DNA from: Octopus vulgaris
Taxonomy: Eukaryota
Reading direction: 5' to 3'
Length of the DNA: 64,000 bases
NCBI GenBank assembly: GCA_951406725.2
Contig: OX597828.1
Coordinates: 60,078,001-60,142,000 of the forward strand
Both the position numbers and the translations under genes were made by a program. A model generated the notes under the pieces. The model saw only the letters and a program-made list of their open reading frames with translations, ran no database searches and was not told the DNA's origin. Positions 26,158-38,580 of the stretch are shown one piece after another. The number at the start of each line of letters is the position of its first letter. The first letter of the stretch is position 1.

Positions 26158-26977
26158 CATCATCGTTTAACGTCCGCTTTCCATACTAGCATGGGTTGAA
26201 TGGTTCAATTGGGGTCTGGGAAGCCCGAAGGCTGCACCAGGCCAGTCAGATCTGGCAGTGTTTCTACAGCTGGATGCCCTTCCTAACGCCAACCACTCTG
26301 TGAGTGTAGTGGGTGCTTTTTATGTGCCACCGACACAGGTGCCAGACAAGGCTGGCGAACGGCCATGCTCGGATGGTGTTTTTTATGTGCCACCGGCACG
26401 GAGGCCAGGCGAAGCTGGCACAGCCACGATAGGATGGTGTTTGTTACGTGCCACCAGCACGGAGGCCAGTCGATGTGGTACTGGCTACGGCCACGTTTGG
26501 ATGGTTTTCTTATGTGCCACCGGCACTGGTATCACAAAACTACAAATTCCATTGATGTTCATCGATTTTGATTTGATTCTTTGATTTTTGATTTTTTTTG
26601 ATTTTCACTTGCCTCAACAGGTGTTCATAAGTAGAGTAGTTATGTGTCCCAAGAAGGAAGGTATGCACAGATGGACTGACTACGTCCCAGGTAGGGGCCA
26701 TGGGTTATGGCCTCACTTGTCCTGCCGGGTTTTCTCGCACACAGCATACTTCCAAAGGTCTCGGTCTCTGGTCATTTCCTCGGTGAGACCTAAAGAGCAA
26801 AGGTCGTTCTTCACCACCTCGTCCCAGGTTTTCCTGGGTCTACCTCTTCCACAGGTTCCCTCAACCGCTAGGGTGTGGCACTTTTTCACACAACTATCTT
26901 CATCCATTCTTACTACATGTCCATACCAGCGTAGACGCCTCTCTTGCACACCACATCTGATGCTTCTTAGGTCCAAT
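26158..26977 (-). mobile_element. RTE LINE 3' end
   Basis: ORF 26713-26976 is the RTE C-terminus; modular 3' UTR; CATCATC tail. Confidence 0.92.
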
Positions 26978-27481
26978 ATAATTTATGATTTACTACACTG
27001 GAGGGTAAGTTATGAAAGATACGACATCCCAAGCTAACCTCTACCATCAAATTCAAAGTATGACGAGTATAATATTGTTTCAAAAATATTGAAATGTGCG
27101 GGTGATGCTGTACATGCATGATAGCATAAAGTCTAATTAGGTTGTTCTTGTCTCTGTACTTAAAGAAGTCATAGAACAAAGCTCACATACATACCTGCTA
27201 TCTCTATATGACTGCACTCTCTGTCCTATATCCCATTTACTACTCTTGCTTTCTTTAAATTCCTAGATCTTACTATATAAAAAGTACTATTAGCTTTATT
27301 TCTAAGTTTAAAGAAAGAAAGATGGTTATTAATACACTTTTCCATATTCATCAAACACCCTATATCGTTAAAACTACCAGTTTCAGTGCAAATTGTACAT
27401 TTGTAAACTACATTTAGAGCTAAAAAAATAACCTAATAACGGGCAATTACAACCAGGTGTATTACTGCTATTATTATTACT

Positions 27482-27695
27482 CTTTTCTATTCTAGGCACA
27501 AGGCCCAAAATTTTTGGGGAGGGGGCCAGTCAATTAGATCAACCTCAGTATGCAACTGGTACTTAATTCATTGATCCCAAAAGGATGAAAGGCAAAGTCG
27601 ACCTCATCAGAATTTGAACTGAGAATGTAAAGATAGACGAAATACCGCTAAGCATTTTGCCCGGTGTGCTAACGTTTCTGTCAGCTCGCCACCTT
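27482..27695 (-). mobile_element. SINE (same family as 25690-25910)
   Basis: AAAGGATGAAAGGCAAAGTCGACCTC..GAATTTGAACT..GAAATACCGCTAAGCATTT. Confidence 0.75.
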
Positions 27696-27794
27696 GCTAT
27701 TATTATTATTACTATTATTATCATTATTATTAACAATATTATTACTATAATTATTATATATGTGTATATACACACACATAAATATATATATACA

Positions 27795-28182
27795 GGCACA
27801 GAAGTGGCTGTGTGATAAGGAGCTTGCTTCCCAACTGCATGGTTCCATGTTTAATCCCACTGCATGGCACCTTGAGTAAGTGTCTTCTACTATAGCCACG
27901 AGCCAACCAATGCCTTGTGAGTGGATTTGGTTGGTGGAAACTAAAAGAAGGCTGTCATGTATATATATGTATATATCTGTGTGTCTGTCACCCACCACCA
28001 CTTGAGAACGGGTGTTGGTGTGTTTCTGTTCCCGTAACTCAGTGATTCAGCAAAAGAGATTGACAGAAGAAGGACCAGGCTTAAACAAAATAAAAATTAC
28101 TGGGGTCCATTTATTTGACTAAAATTCTTCAAGGTGGTGGCCAGCATAGCCACAGTCTAATGACTGAAACAAGTAAAAGAAT
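27795..28182 (+). mobile_element. tRNA-derived SINE, second family, with internal microsatellite
   Basis: Head GGCACAGAAGTGGCTGTGTGATAAG (A box); tail ..TGACTGAAACAAGTAAAAGA; homologous to 37961 and 50036. Confidence 0.8.
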
Positions 28183-28235
28183 ACAAGAATACACTCATAT
28201 ACATACATACATATATATATACACACACACACACA

Positions 28236-28274
<39 letters not shown>

Positions 28275-28296
28275 GTGTGTATATATATATAAATAT

Positions 28297-29966
28297 ATTG
28301 ACGAATGGCTAATAAGGGCTGTACAGGCTCTATACAGAGAGGCTGTCAGCAAGGTTAGGATTGGCAACAAATATAGTGAAGAATTCCGGGTAGAAGTAGG
28401 TGTGCACCAAGGCTCAGCCCTCAGTCCCCTTTTATTCATCATAGTCCTCCAGGCAATAACAGAGGAATTCAAAACAGGATGCCCCTGGGAGCTCCTCTAT
28501 GCTGATGACCTGGCCCTCATAGCAGAATCACTACTGGAACTAGAAAAGAAATTTCGGGTGTGGAAGCAAGGGTTAGAATCAAAGGGCCTTAGAGTAAATG
28601 TAGCAAAGACCAAAGTTATAGTAAGCAGAAAGGCGAACTCAGCACACACCCCCTCGGGCAGGTGGCCCTGCTCGATCTGTAGGAAAGGTGTAGGTAGAAA
28701 CTCCATAAGATGCACCCAATGTAAGCTATGGATGCACAAGAGGTGCAGCAACATTAAAGGGAAATTAACAGATAAGATAGCTTTCATGTGCGGCAGATGC
28801 ACAGGGACAATAGACACCACAGACACTCAGAAAACAGATTCCATCACACTCGAGGGAGAGAAACTAGAAGTAGTTGATAGTTTCCGCTACCTGGGTGACC
28901 AAGTTAGTAGTGGAGGTGGAGGCACAGATAGTATCACCACTAGAATACGAATAGCCTGGGCAAAGTTCAGAAAGCTCCTACCCCTACTGGCGACAAAGGG
29001 TCTCTCCCTCAGAGCGAAAGGTAGATTGTATGATGCGTGTGTGCGAACTGCCATGCTTCACGGTAGTGAAACATGGGCTGTGTCTGCAGAGGATATGCGT
29101 AGACTTGAAAGAAATGAAGCTAGCATGATCCGCTGGATGTGTAATGTCAGTGTGCACGCACGACAGAGTGTAAGCACCCTGAGAGAAATGCTGGATATAA
29201 GAAGCATCAGATGTGGTGTGCAAGAGAGACGCTTGTGATGGTATGGTCATGTGCTGTGGATGGATGAGGAGAGATGTCTGAAGAAGTGCCACTCCCAAAC
29301 AGTTGAAGGTATCAGGGGGAGAGGTAGACCCAGGAAGACATGGGATGAGGTAGTCAAGCATGACCTCAGAGCGTTGGGCCTCACTGAGGCAATGGCGAAG
29401 GACCGAGATCTCTGGAGATATGCTGTGACTGCAAAGACCCGGGCTGCTTCCTGCATCAGTTCCGCATAGCCCCTGCCCATTCAAAGTACCCCGGATCCCA
29501 GAACGTCCCGCTGTGCTTGAGGAGACCTGTTGAGTCAAGTACATGAACATGAACGTCGAAATAAATATCAATGGAAATAGTAGTTGTGATGCCTGTGCCA
29601 GTGGCACATAAAAAGCACCATCCGAACGTGGCCAATGCCAGCGCCGCCGCAACTGGCTCCTGTGCCGGTGGCACATAAAAAGACCATCCGAACGTTGCCA
29701 GCGCCACCTTGGCTGGCTTCCGTGCCACTGGCACGTTAAAAGCTCCTACCGATCGTGACCGATGCCGGACCCCCCCTGGCACCTGTGCAGGTGGCACGTA
29801 AAAAGCACCCACTACACTCGCGGAGTGGTTGGCGTTAGGAAGGGCATCCAGATAAGACTGGAGCCTGGAGCAGCCCCTGGCTTCCCAGACCCCGGTCGAA
29901 CCGTCCAACCCGTGCTAGCGCGGAAAACGGACGTTAAACGATGATGATGATCATCATCATGATGAT
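28297..29966 (+). mobile_element. 5'-truncated RTE LINE (divergent subfamily) with PHD insert and (GAT)n tail
   Basis: ORF 28273-29238: GVHQGSALSP, YADD, CSIC..CTQC..H..C..CGRC, FRYLG; begins after (TA)n. Confidence 0.93.
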
Positions 29967-30424
29967 ATATGTATGTATAATAATAATATGTACATAGAAA
30001 ATCATATCGTTATTTTAGATCACACCTTAAAAATCCAGCAATTATTTCAATTGCATTAACATATACATACATAATATTTATTAAAATTCATAATATCTAC
30101 GAAAATTTATGTCAACACAACATTATCAAAGTAATCCATGTTGGTGAAATTCTAACTAAACATCTGAAAAAAAATTTACCTGTTAAAAAACGCTAATAAA
30201 AAGATATGGCAAACCAAATTTAACCCGAGACATTCATTTATTCAGCCAAGATCAACGTCATTGAATAACTAATTTACTTTCCATATTTTTTGACAATTTG
30301 AAATCTACATAGAAAAAGAAATGTAAAAAATGAATACATTTATCTACAAATATTGATGACATCACTGAACATCTAAATAACAAAAACTGCAGGCGAGAAT
30401 TCTATGTTATGCTTAGTAGATAAA

Positions 30425-32081
30425 TCTATATATATAAAAGTGAAGTTGTGTAAGTGTCTGTCTCCTACGATTTAGATTCCTAACTACTCCCATATTTCGC
30501 GGTGCAGTTTAACCAAATTCGGGTATCTTATAGTCGTGATTCATATCGAGCCCGTCTGGGTATTAGCGCGCATTTACGATGAGTCTATGATTTTAAAAAT
30601 AATTTAACATCATTTTTTTTCCATTTCTTCCAATTTTTTCGTGTGTCGATGGCAGCGGAGTTGGTGTCCATGCTCACTCCTGCACCTGTGTTGCTTCTCC
30701 CCCTTCTTCCCTCCCTCGTGAAGCTGTGGGGAAGGGAGTGTAAGGAAATCAACGTCGTAAAGCGTTGTCAAGGAGACCAGCGTTCTTTTAGAACAACGAC
30801 TTCATGGCTTGAAGACACCAAAACAGAAATGGCTAAGAAAGCCTGAAAGCAAATTCTACAAAATCGGGAAACACACCACACAGGGAAGGTTTCCCGTGCA
30901 AAGAATTTGCACAACCGAATGTTTTAGTTGTTGCATAACTTTTACTTAAAAAATATTTTCCAAACACAAACTTTTGAAGGCAATATTGTATGGCAATGGT
31001 ACTTGTGAAATATGGTAATGGATTTAGTAGCCAAAAGGAGAGAGCAGAGGCATATTATGGTGGTGGAGGCAGTGGTAGTGGCAGCAGTGGTGCTGGTAGT
31101 GGTGATGGGGGTCGTCGTGTTTGTGGTGGTGGTGGTGGTGGTGTTGTTGGTGATGGTCGTGGTGGTGGTGGTGGTGGTCGTGGTCATGGTGGTCTTCGTG
31201 ATGGTGATCGTCGTGTTTGTGGTGGTGGTAGTTCGTCGTATTTGTGGTGGTGGTGGTGGGGGCGGTGATGATGGTGGTGGTGGTTGTGTTGGTCTTCGTG
31301 ATGGTGGTGCTCATGGTCATGGGCGTAGTGGTGGTGGTGGTCATGGTGGTAGTGGTGGTCATGGTCGTGGTGGCTGAAGCTGTCGTCTGGGTTCTTCCAA
31401 TCTTTTCGTGTGTCGGTGTTGACGTTCATGCTCGTACTTGTACCTGTGTAGCTCCTCCCCTTCTTCCCTCCCTCGTGAAGCTGTGGGGAAGGCAGGGTAG
31501 GGAAATCAACGTCGTAAAGCGTTGTCAAGGAGACCAGCGTTCTTTTAGAACAACGACTTCATGGCTTGAAGTCGCCAAAACAGAAATCGCTAAAAAAGCT
31601 GAAACAGACCCACAAAAACGGCAAAAACCACCACACAGGGCAGGTTTCCTGTGCAAACAATTTGCACAACCGAATGTTTTAGTTGTTGCACAAATCTTTA
31701 TATATAAAAGTGAAGTTGTGTGTCTGTTTCCTACGATTTAGATTCCTAACTACTCCCACATTTTGCGGTGCAGTTTAACCAAAACCGGGTATCTTATAGT
31801 CGTGATTCATATCGAGCCCGTCTGGGTATTAGTGCGCGTCTACGATGAGTCTACGATTTAAAAAAAAATTTACCATCATTTTTTCCATTTTAATGCATTT
31901 TTTCGCTATTATATAAGGGAAGTAACTCTCTAAAAATGTCTACGATGAGTCAACGATTTAAAAAAAAAATTACCATCATTTTTTATTCCATTTTTAATGC
32001 ATTTTTTTGCTATAACTCACTAAAAGTGCTTATATAGTTATTTCCTTTACAAACCCGAGCAACGCCGGGCGATACTGCTAG
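30425..32081 (+). mobile_element. Composite non-autonomous Helitron (two 5' ends, one 3' end) with an internal duplication and (GGT)n tract
   Basis: A|TC starts at 30425 and 31695; hairpin CCCGAGCAACGCCGGG then CTAG|T at 32081; 30625-30935 duplicated at 31395-31690. Confidence 0.85.
31055..31375. repeat. (GGT)n-type trinucleotide microsatellite
   Basis: Visible; source of spurious poly-G/V/H/T ORFs. Confidence 0.9.
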
Positions 32082-32349
32082 TAAAGAATAAAAACTGCAG
32101 ATAATAATTCTACATAATGCTTTATAGAAACTTAGATACTTCATGTCACAATAATTAGTTACCTATTTAATATAATAAACTCTTCTTCAGGTATTAACCT
32201 TATTATATAATAACTGAATAATTATTATATTCAACAACATATACAACCACCGATGATCTCACTGGATAATTAAAAAGTAAAAATTACAGAAAAGACAGCC
32301 AAATACCTATTTGTTCATTATATGAAACTCTTTTATAGGAATTAACCTT

Positions 32350-35300
32350 CATCATCATCTTCATCATTGTTTAACTTCCATTCATGCATGTGTTGGGCAG
32401 TTGACAGGAGCTGGCCAGGTACAAAAACTACCCTAGGCTACTGTGTCTATTTTGGCAGGGATTTTGCAGCTGGATACCTTTCCTAATACCAACCACTCTG
32501 CAGAGTGGACTCAGTACTTTTTCATGGCAGTAGCACAGGTGGTTAGTTTTGGTATGATTTTTACCACTGGATGCCCTTCCAAACACCAACCATGTTACTG
32601 TGTGGACTGGTTACTTTTAACATGACATCAGTACTGGTAGGGTCACCAAGTAACTCACTATATAGGAATTATGAGAAGGGCAGGGCATTTGAGGAGGGGA
32701 ACTTGTGTCAGAGGATGAAAGGTTAGAGTGTGTCAGACAGAAGCAGGTGTCTTGCCTCAACAGAGGGATTAGAGGAGATGATCCAGTGTAACAGAGAAGC
32801 AGAAATAGGTGTCTTGCTATCGAGGAGGTTACCCAGTGAGTGAGAGTGAGAGAAAGAGGTATAAGAAAGAGTCCAGAAACAAGTGTGCTGATGTACAGGA
32901 GATATTTGGTTACCTAGTTAGAGGGAAAACAAGAGAAAGAGAGAGAGAGTAACCAAGAGAAAGAGACAGAGTAGGAAACATGAAGAGTGTAAGAGAGAGC
33001 AGAAGAGAGGTGGTGTAGTGCTATGGATCTGAGCATAGAGCTTGGGTAGAAAAATAGGTTATGGGTGTTGGGGGTAGGGAGAGCAGCGATACAGTGAGCT
33101 GGGCAGTGAGGACAAGAAAGTGGATTGGAAAACAATCATAGTTTATGAAGAAGAAATGTGAGGAAGAGAAACAAGCAGTTTGAAGAGGAGTTGTAGTTCG
33201 ATTTCGTATGGTAGAGTAGGTGAAAAATGTGTTGTTAAATGTGGGTGGGACACAACTCTTCTAGCATGCAGTTTTGTGGACAGGTCTTCTCTAGAACCTC
33301 ATATCGCCAAACATCTTGGTCTATTGTCATTTCCTCCGTGAGCCCCAACATCCTATGATCAGTCCTCACCACTTCATCCCATGTCTTCCTGGGTCTCCCT
33401 CTTCTGCATGTAACATCCACTTTCAGTGACAGGTATTTCTGTATACAGCTGTTTTCACTCATACACATCACATGTCCAAACCAACACATTCTTCTCTCCT
33501 GCATACCACATTTAATCCCTCTTATGCCTAACTTTTCTCTTAACACGGTTGTGCTTTGTCAGTCATGCATACTGATGTTGCAAATCCAATGGAGTATACT
33601 ACCTTCATTCCTCTCCAGCCTACACATGTCCATCACAGTCAGAGCCTATGTCTCACTACTATGTAATATAGTTGTTCTGACATAAGCATCATATACCATT
33701 CACTCTTAGAGAGAGAGAGTCCTTTTGTTGCCAAAAGAGGCAGTAGCTCTCTGAACTTCCTCCATCCTATTCTTATTCAAAAAACAATACTTTCAGAGCA
33801 TCCACTACTGTTACTGATTTGGTCACCTACTTAGCAGAAACTATCTACTACCTCAAGAGATTTGAGAGAGTTTAAGTCCCTTATGCTCTTAATATTAGGT
33901 TGTCAGGAAAGTTCTTGTGGAATTTTTAATTTTGGTTTTAAATGATGTATTTTCAAATTAATTTTCATTAAATTACTTTGACTTTATCTATCATTTTAAA
34001 GCCCATTTTTCACTCTATCTAATTGTGTTACTCTTTTTCTTTTTGAATAATTAGGCCATTTTTTCCAGAACGTTCAATACAACATGGACAAAAAGCAAAT
34101 TTACACAGTTTTCTTATTCCAATTCATGCTTGGCTGAAAAGCTGCTGAAACATCTCGTGATATCAACGATGCGTTTGGCCCAGGAACCACTGATGAATGT
34201 ACAGCACAATGGTGGTTCAAGAAATTTCATAGCAGTGACGAGAGTCTTGAAGATGATAAGCATAGTGGTCAGCCATCGGATGTTGACAACAATCAACTAA
34301 GAGCCTTAGTGGAAGCCAATCCTCGCACAACTGTTCAAGAGCTTGCTTCTGAATTAGACGTAACGTATATGACAATTTCCAATCACTTGAAAGAGATTGG
34401 AAAAACAAAAATACTTGAGAAATGTGTGCTGCACAAATTGAATGACAACCAAAAAGAACACCATTTTGAAGTGTTATCTTCCCTTCTTTTATACAACAAG
34501 AACGGCCCGTTTCTCAATCGGATTATGACTTGCAATGAAAAGTGAATTCTTTACAACAATTGGCGATGCTCAGCTCAGTAGTTGGATGATGATGAAGCTC
34601 CACAGCACTTCCCGAAGCCAAAGTTGCACCAAAAGGAGGTCATGGTGACTGCTTGGTGGTGTGCGGCTGGTCTCATCCATCACAGCTTTTTGGATTCAGG
34701 CGAAACCATTACAGCAGAGAAGTACTGTCAGCAAATGGATGAAGTGCATAAGAAACTCCGACAACAACAGCCAGCATTGTTCAATAGAAAAGGACCAATT
34801 CTTCTCCATGACAATGCTCAGCCACACGTCGCACAACTGACTGTGCAGAAGTTGAACGAATCGGGTTATGAAACTCTGCCTCATCTGCCATACTCACCAG
34901 ACCTCTCACCTACCGACTACCACTTTTTCAAGCATCTCGACAACTTCCTGTGAGAGAAATGCTTCAAAAACCTTCAACGACTTCATCACCACAAGAACAC
35001 AGGATTTTTACGCTACTGGCATAAACAAACTTGTTTCGTGTTGACAAAAGTGTGTTGATTCTGATGGTGTTTATTTCGATTAATAAAGTTTTGTTTGAGC
35101 CGAGATATGCGCATCTGAATTTAAAGGTTAAAAACTGCAAGAACTTTCTTGACAACCTAATACTTATTGTGCATCCACCACTCATGAAAGCAACTTTGTC
35201 CCATAACCTACCCATGATTCAACTGCATCTCTTATGCATCCATAGCTTTCACTTAGTGTAGCATATGGAATTACAGCTTACTCCTTTCCTACATATTGAG

Positions 35301-35510
35301 GAGGACCATTTACCAGCCGGAATGAGAGTCTTACCTCCTTTGTCACTAACAGCAACTTTAGTCTTAGCTAAGTTAACTTTAAGGCCCTTTGATTTCAAGT
35401 CTTTCTTCCAAACCTAGAACTGCTTCTCCAATTCTGCTTCAAATTCTGCAATAAGAGCAAGATCATCAGCATATAGCTCTTCTCATGGGCATCCAGTCTT
35501 GAATTAATCT
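32350..35510 (-). mobile_element. Degraded RTE LINE (RT to 3' UTR), split by a mariner insertion
   Basis: ORF 33235-33546 (WFGHV..RRGRPRKTWDEVV); YADD near 35460-35475; PHD remnant at 35215-35315; (CAT)n tail at 32350. Confidence 0.85.
33895..35160 (+). mobile_element. Full-length mariner (Hsmar1/cecropia-like) with stop-disrupted transposase starting at 34084
   Basis: TA TSDs; TIRs TTAGGTTGTCAGGAAAGTTCTTG / CAAGAACTTTCTTGACAACCTAA; LLHDNAQPH, PYSPDLSPTDYHFFKHLDNFL. Confidence 0.95.
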
Positions 35511-35683
35511 GAAAAATTATTATAATTAATAATATATACAATTATTGATGACTATGGTGGATAACTAAAGAATAGAAATAAAAATAATAGATAAAATAAT
35601 TAAATACCTATTTATATATTTATTATATTATACCCTTTTATAGGAATTAACCATATATAATAATTGAAAAATTATAATTAATA

Positions 35684-36019
35684 GGGGCTAATGCAGTTTT
35701 GCACCTCTCCTTGAAAATGCATTTTTTTGAAAACATGTTTTCGGATACCTACGTTTTAGATGTTGAAGATTATGAAAATGCAAAAAGAAAAGTTCTTTAC
35801 ATTTCATCTCTACCCCCAAATTTAAAATTTTGATTTTGTTTACTTTGAAGAGATTGTAGCGAATTGACAAACATATGCAAATCGAAATTGAACATAGACA
35901 AAAGCATTAATGTGAAAAGAATTTGCATTTTACTTGTGTTTGCCTTAAATAATCATAAAACTTTTTCAGTCATTTATTTATTTGTCTGTCTATCTATTTA
36001 TCCCTATCTGTTTATTCAC

Positions 36020-36051
<32 letters not shown>

Positions 36052-36422
36052 CTTTAAACACATAACTATATGCTTATTGAATTTAAAATTTTGAAAATGT
36101 GGTTTCTTGCATGTTTGGAATCTCTGTCATTGAAAACATAGGAACCTGCTGAAAAAAAAATCAGAAATGTCTATTTTAGTGTGGGGGGTAACTGTGCATG
36201 AGGTCTGCCGGAGAGGCAGGGTGAAATTTGAAACATTTTAAATTTGGTAAAGGTTGTTTTTAAAAAAAAATTTGGGAAAAGTTCAGAATTTTAAATAGGG
36301 GCGGGGATGGAATAGGGAATGAAATTTTAAAAGGTTTGTTTTTTGCATATTCATAGGAATCTGGAAAAATATTTTCAAAAAAAGGCATTTTTCAAGGAAA
36401 GGTATGAAACTGCATTAGCCCC
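35684..36422. mobile_element. MITE with ~37 bp GG-starting TIRs and 8 bp TSD (Merlin- or MULE-like)
   Basis: GGGGCTAATGCAGTTT / AAACTGCATTAGCCCC; AATTAATA on both flanks. Confidence 0.85.
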
Positions 36423-37574
36423 AATTAATAATATATACAATTCATGATGATCTCAGTAGATAATTAAAGAATAAAGACTATAGATAAGAATTCTACATTA
36501 TGCTTAAACAAAGTTTAGATACTTTACATCACTGGAATTAATTACTTAGTCATTATATTAAACACTTTAATGGGAATTAACCTTATTATATAATAATTAA
36601 TTAAAAAATTATTATAATTAATAATTTCAATTATTAAAGAGTTTAAAATAATGAATAAATAAGTATTTGGTTGTCTTTTCTGTAATTTTTATTTTTTTAT
36701 TATTCAGTGAGGTCATCAATGGTTATATATGTTGTTGAATATAATAATTTTCCAGTTATTATATAATAAGGTTAATTCCTGAAGAAGAGTTTATTATATT
36801 AAATAAATAGGTAGTTAATTATTGTAATGTTAAGTATCTAAGTTTCTATTACGCATTTTTTTGTGTAGATTTTAAACTGTAAAAAAATATGGAATTAGTA
36901 TGATATTTTTTATATTTTATTTTTATAAAGTAAATTAGTTATTCAATGACATCACACTTGGTTGAACGAATGAATGTCTAAAGTTAAATTTGTTTTGGCA
37001 TTTCTTTTTTTAGCATTTCTTAATAGCTAAATTTTTTTCAAATGTTCAGTTAGAATATCACCAATTTGGATTACCTTGATAATTTTGTGTTGACATAAAT
37101 TTTCATACATATTATTAATTTTAATACTATTATGTATATATATTTATATGCGTATATATATTAATGCAATTGAAACAATTGTTGGATTTTTAAGGTGTGA
37201 TCTAAAATAAAAATATGATTTTCTTCATACATATCATTATTGTTAAATACTCTGAATTTCTTTTTACCTGGGATTTGTATTCGGCATACATTTACTGGTA
37301 TCTACATGTTGGAAATTTAACCTTTTCCTTTATACTGAGTGCTTACATGATATCTGCCAGGATTTTTTTATCCCATTTTTTTCTTTTATATATCTATGAT
37401 GCCATAGGAGCATTCAGCTTTTGCCAAATGACCTACACAAATGATTTATTTATAGGGATCAAATGTTCATGCTGCACATAGGTAACTTACTCTGTCAAAT
37501 CAAGGTGACCTGAACATGTGCAATGTGTACAATGTATCAGGTGTCAAAGTGATCACAGAGCAACACATGATGAA

Positions 37575-37670
37575 GTGTTTTGCTCAAGAACACAATTCCT
37601 GGCCTAGGAATTGAAATCGTAATCTCGCAATCGTGAGTACAACTCCATAACCACTAGGCCATGTGCCTTC
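37575..37670 (-). mobile_element. tRNA-like SINE head
   Basis: Reverse complement TGGCCTAGTGGTTA (A box) ... GATTTCAATTCC (B box). Confidence 0.6.
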
Positions 37671-37718
37671 ATGATATATATATATATATATACATACACA
37701 CACATATATATATATATA

Positions 37719-37758
<40 letters not shown>

Positions 37759-37854
37759 AATGTAGAGGGTTGAAAAAGAACACACGAGTTGATATATATA
37801 TATGGAAAAAAAGTCAAGGTAGGAAATGTTAAAATAGATTTATAAAAAACATTT

Positions 37855-37890
37855 CAGTACCGGTTTCGGGCATTGAGACTTTTTCAACTG
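37855..37890 (-). ncRNA. Hammerhead variant with U3-A8 core (pLTR copy 1)
   Basis: Reverse complement CAG-TTGAAAA-AGTCTCAATGCCC-GAAA-CCGGTA-CTG; palindromic stem III ACCGGT; weak stem II. Confidence 0.55.
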
Positions 37891-37960
37891 TAAGAATGGA
37901 AAACAATTAAATTTTGGAAAAATTAAATGAAAAATTTTTTAAAAGAATATTTGCATAGTA

Positions 37961-38118
37961 GGTGCAGGAGTGGCTGTGTGGTAAGTAGCTTGCTTACCAA
38001 CCACATAGTTCCGGGTTCAGTCCCACTGCGTGGCATCTTAGGCAAGTATCTTCTACTATAGCCTCAGGCCAACCAAAGCCTTGTGAGTGGATTTGGTAGA
38101 TGGAAACTGAAAGAACCT

Positions 38119-38160
<42 letters not shown>

Positions 38161-38580
38161 AATACTAGGGAATAAATCCAAACTTACAGGGAAAAATCAG
38201 ATTTAGGATTGAATCCAATTTATAGTAAAATATTATATTATATAAATTAGAGACAAAACAACTATTATGCAAATCAAACAAAGAAAGACTTAATCCAATA
38301 CATAAATTAATTTATATTATTTAGTAATTTAACAATTATTAATATCCACTACGATCGTTTCATGTCTTCTTTTCATCACCTCTTTGAGTAGTAGACATTC
38401 TTCAGGTGGTTTCAAATATTCTTGGCGAGTTTAAACTTTGTTTGATTTGCATAATAGTGGTTTTGTCTCTAATTTATATAATATATATATATATATATTT
38501 GTCCCCCCCCTACATTGCTTGACAACCGATGCTGGTGTGTTTACGTCCCCGTAACTTAGTGGTTTGGCAAAAGAGACCGA
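37961..38580 (+). mobile_element. tRNA-derived SINE whose internal (TA)n is interrupted by a hammerhead mini-element
   Basis: Head GGTGCAGGAGTGGCTGTGTGGTAAG..GGTTCAGTCCC at 37961-38122; tail at 38497-38580. Confidence 0.8.
38346..38409 (-). ncRNA. Canonical minimal hammerhead ribozyme, apparently intact
   Basis: Reverse complement CCAC-CTGAAGA-ATGTCT..AGACAT-GAAA-CGATCGTA-GTGG; GUA cleavage triplet; palindromic stem III ACGATCGT. Confidence 0.85.

Larger units (their letters stand above)
29978..37241. mobile_element. AT-rich foldback-like element with long inverted arms, expanded by nested insertions
   Basis: 29978-30290 is the reverse complement of ~36925-37241 (TTATTTTAGATCACACCTTAAAAATCC / GGATTTTTAAGGTGTGATCTAAAATAA); 32125-32330 pairs with ~36645-36850. 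Confidence 0.8.

Noticed and set aside
30942-31741. His/Gly/Val/Thr-rich ORFs
   Set aside because: Translations of a (GGT)n microsatellite inside a Helitron
34084-34953. Host SETMAR gene
   Set aside because: Flanked by TIRs and TA TSDs, several in-frame stops, no SET exons
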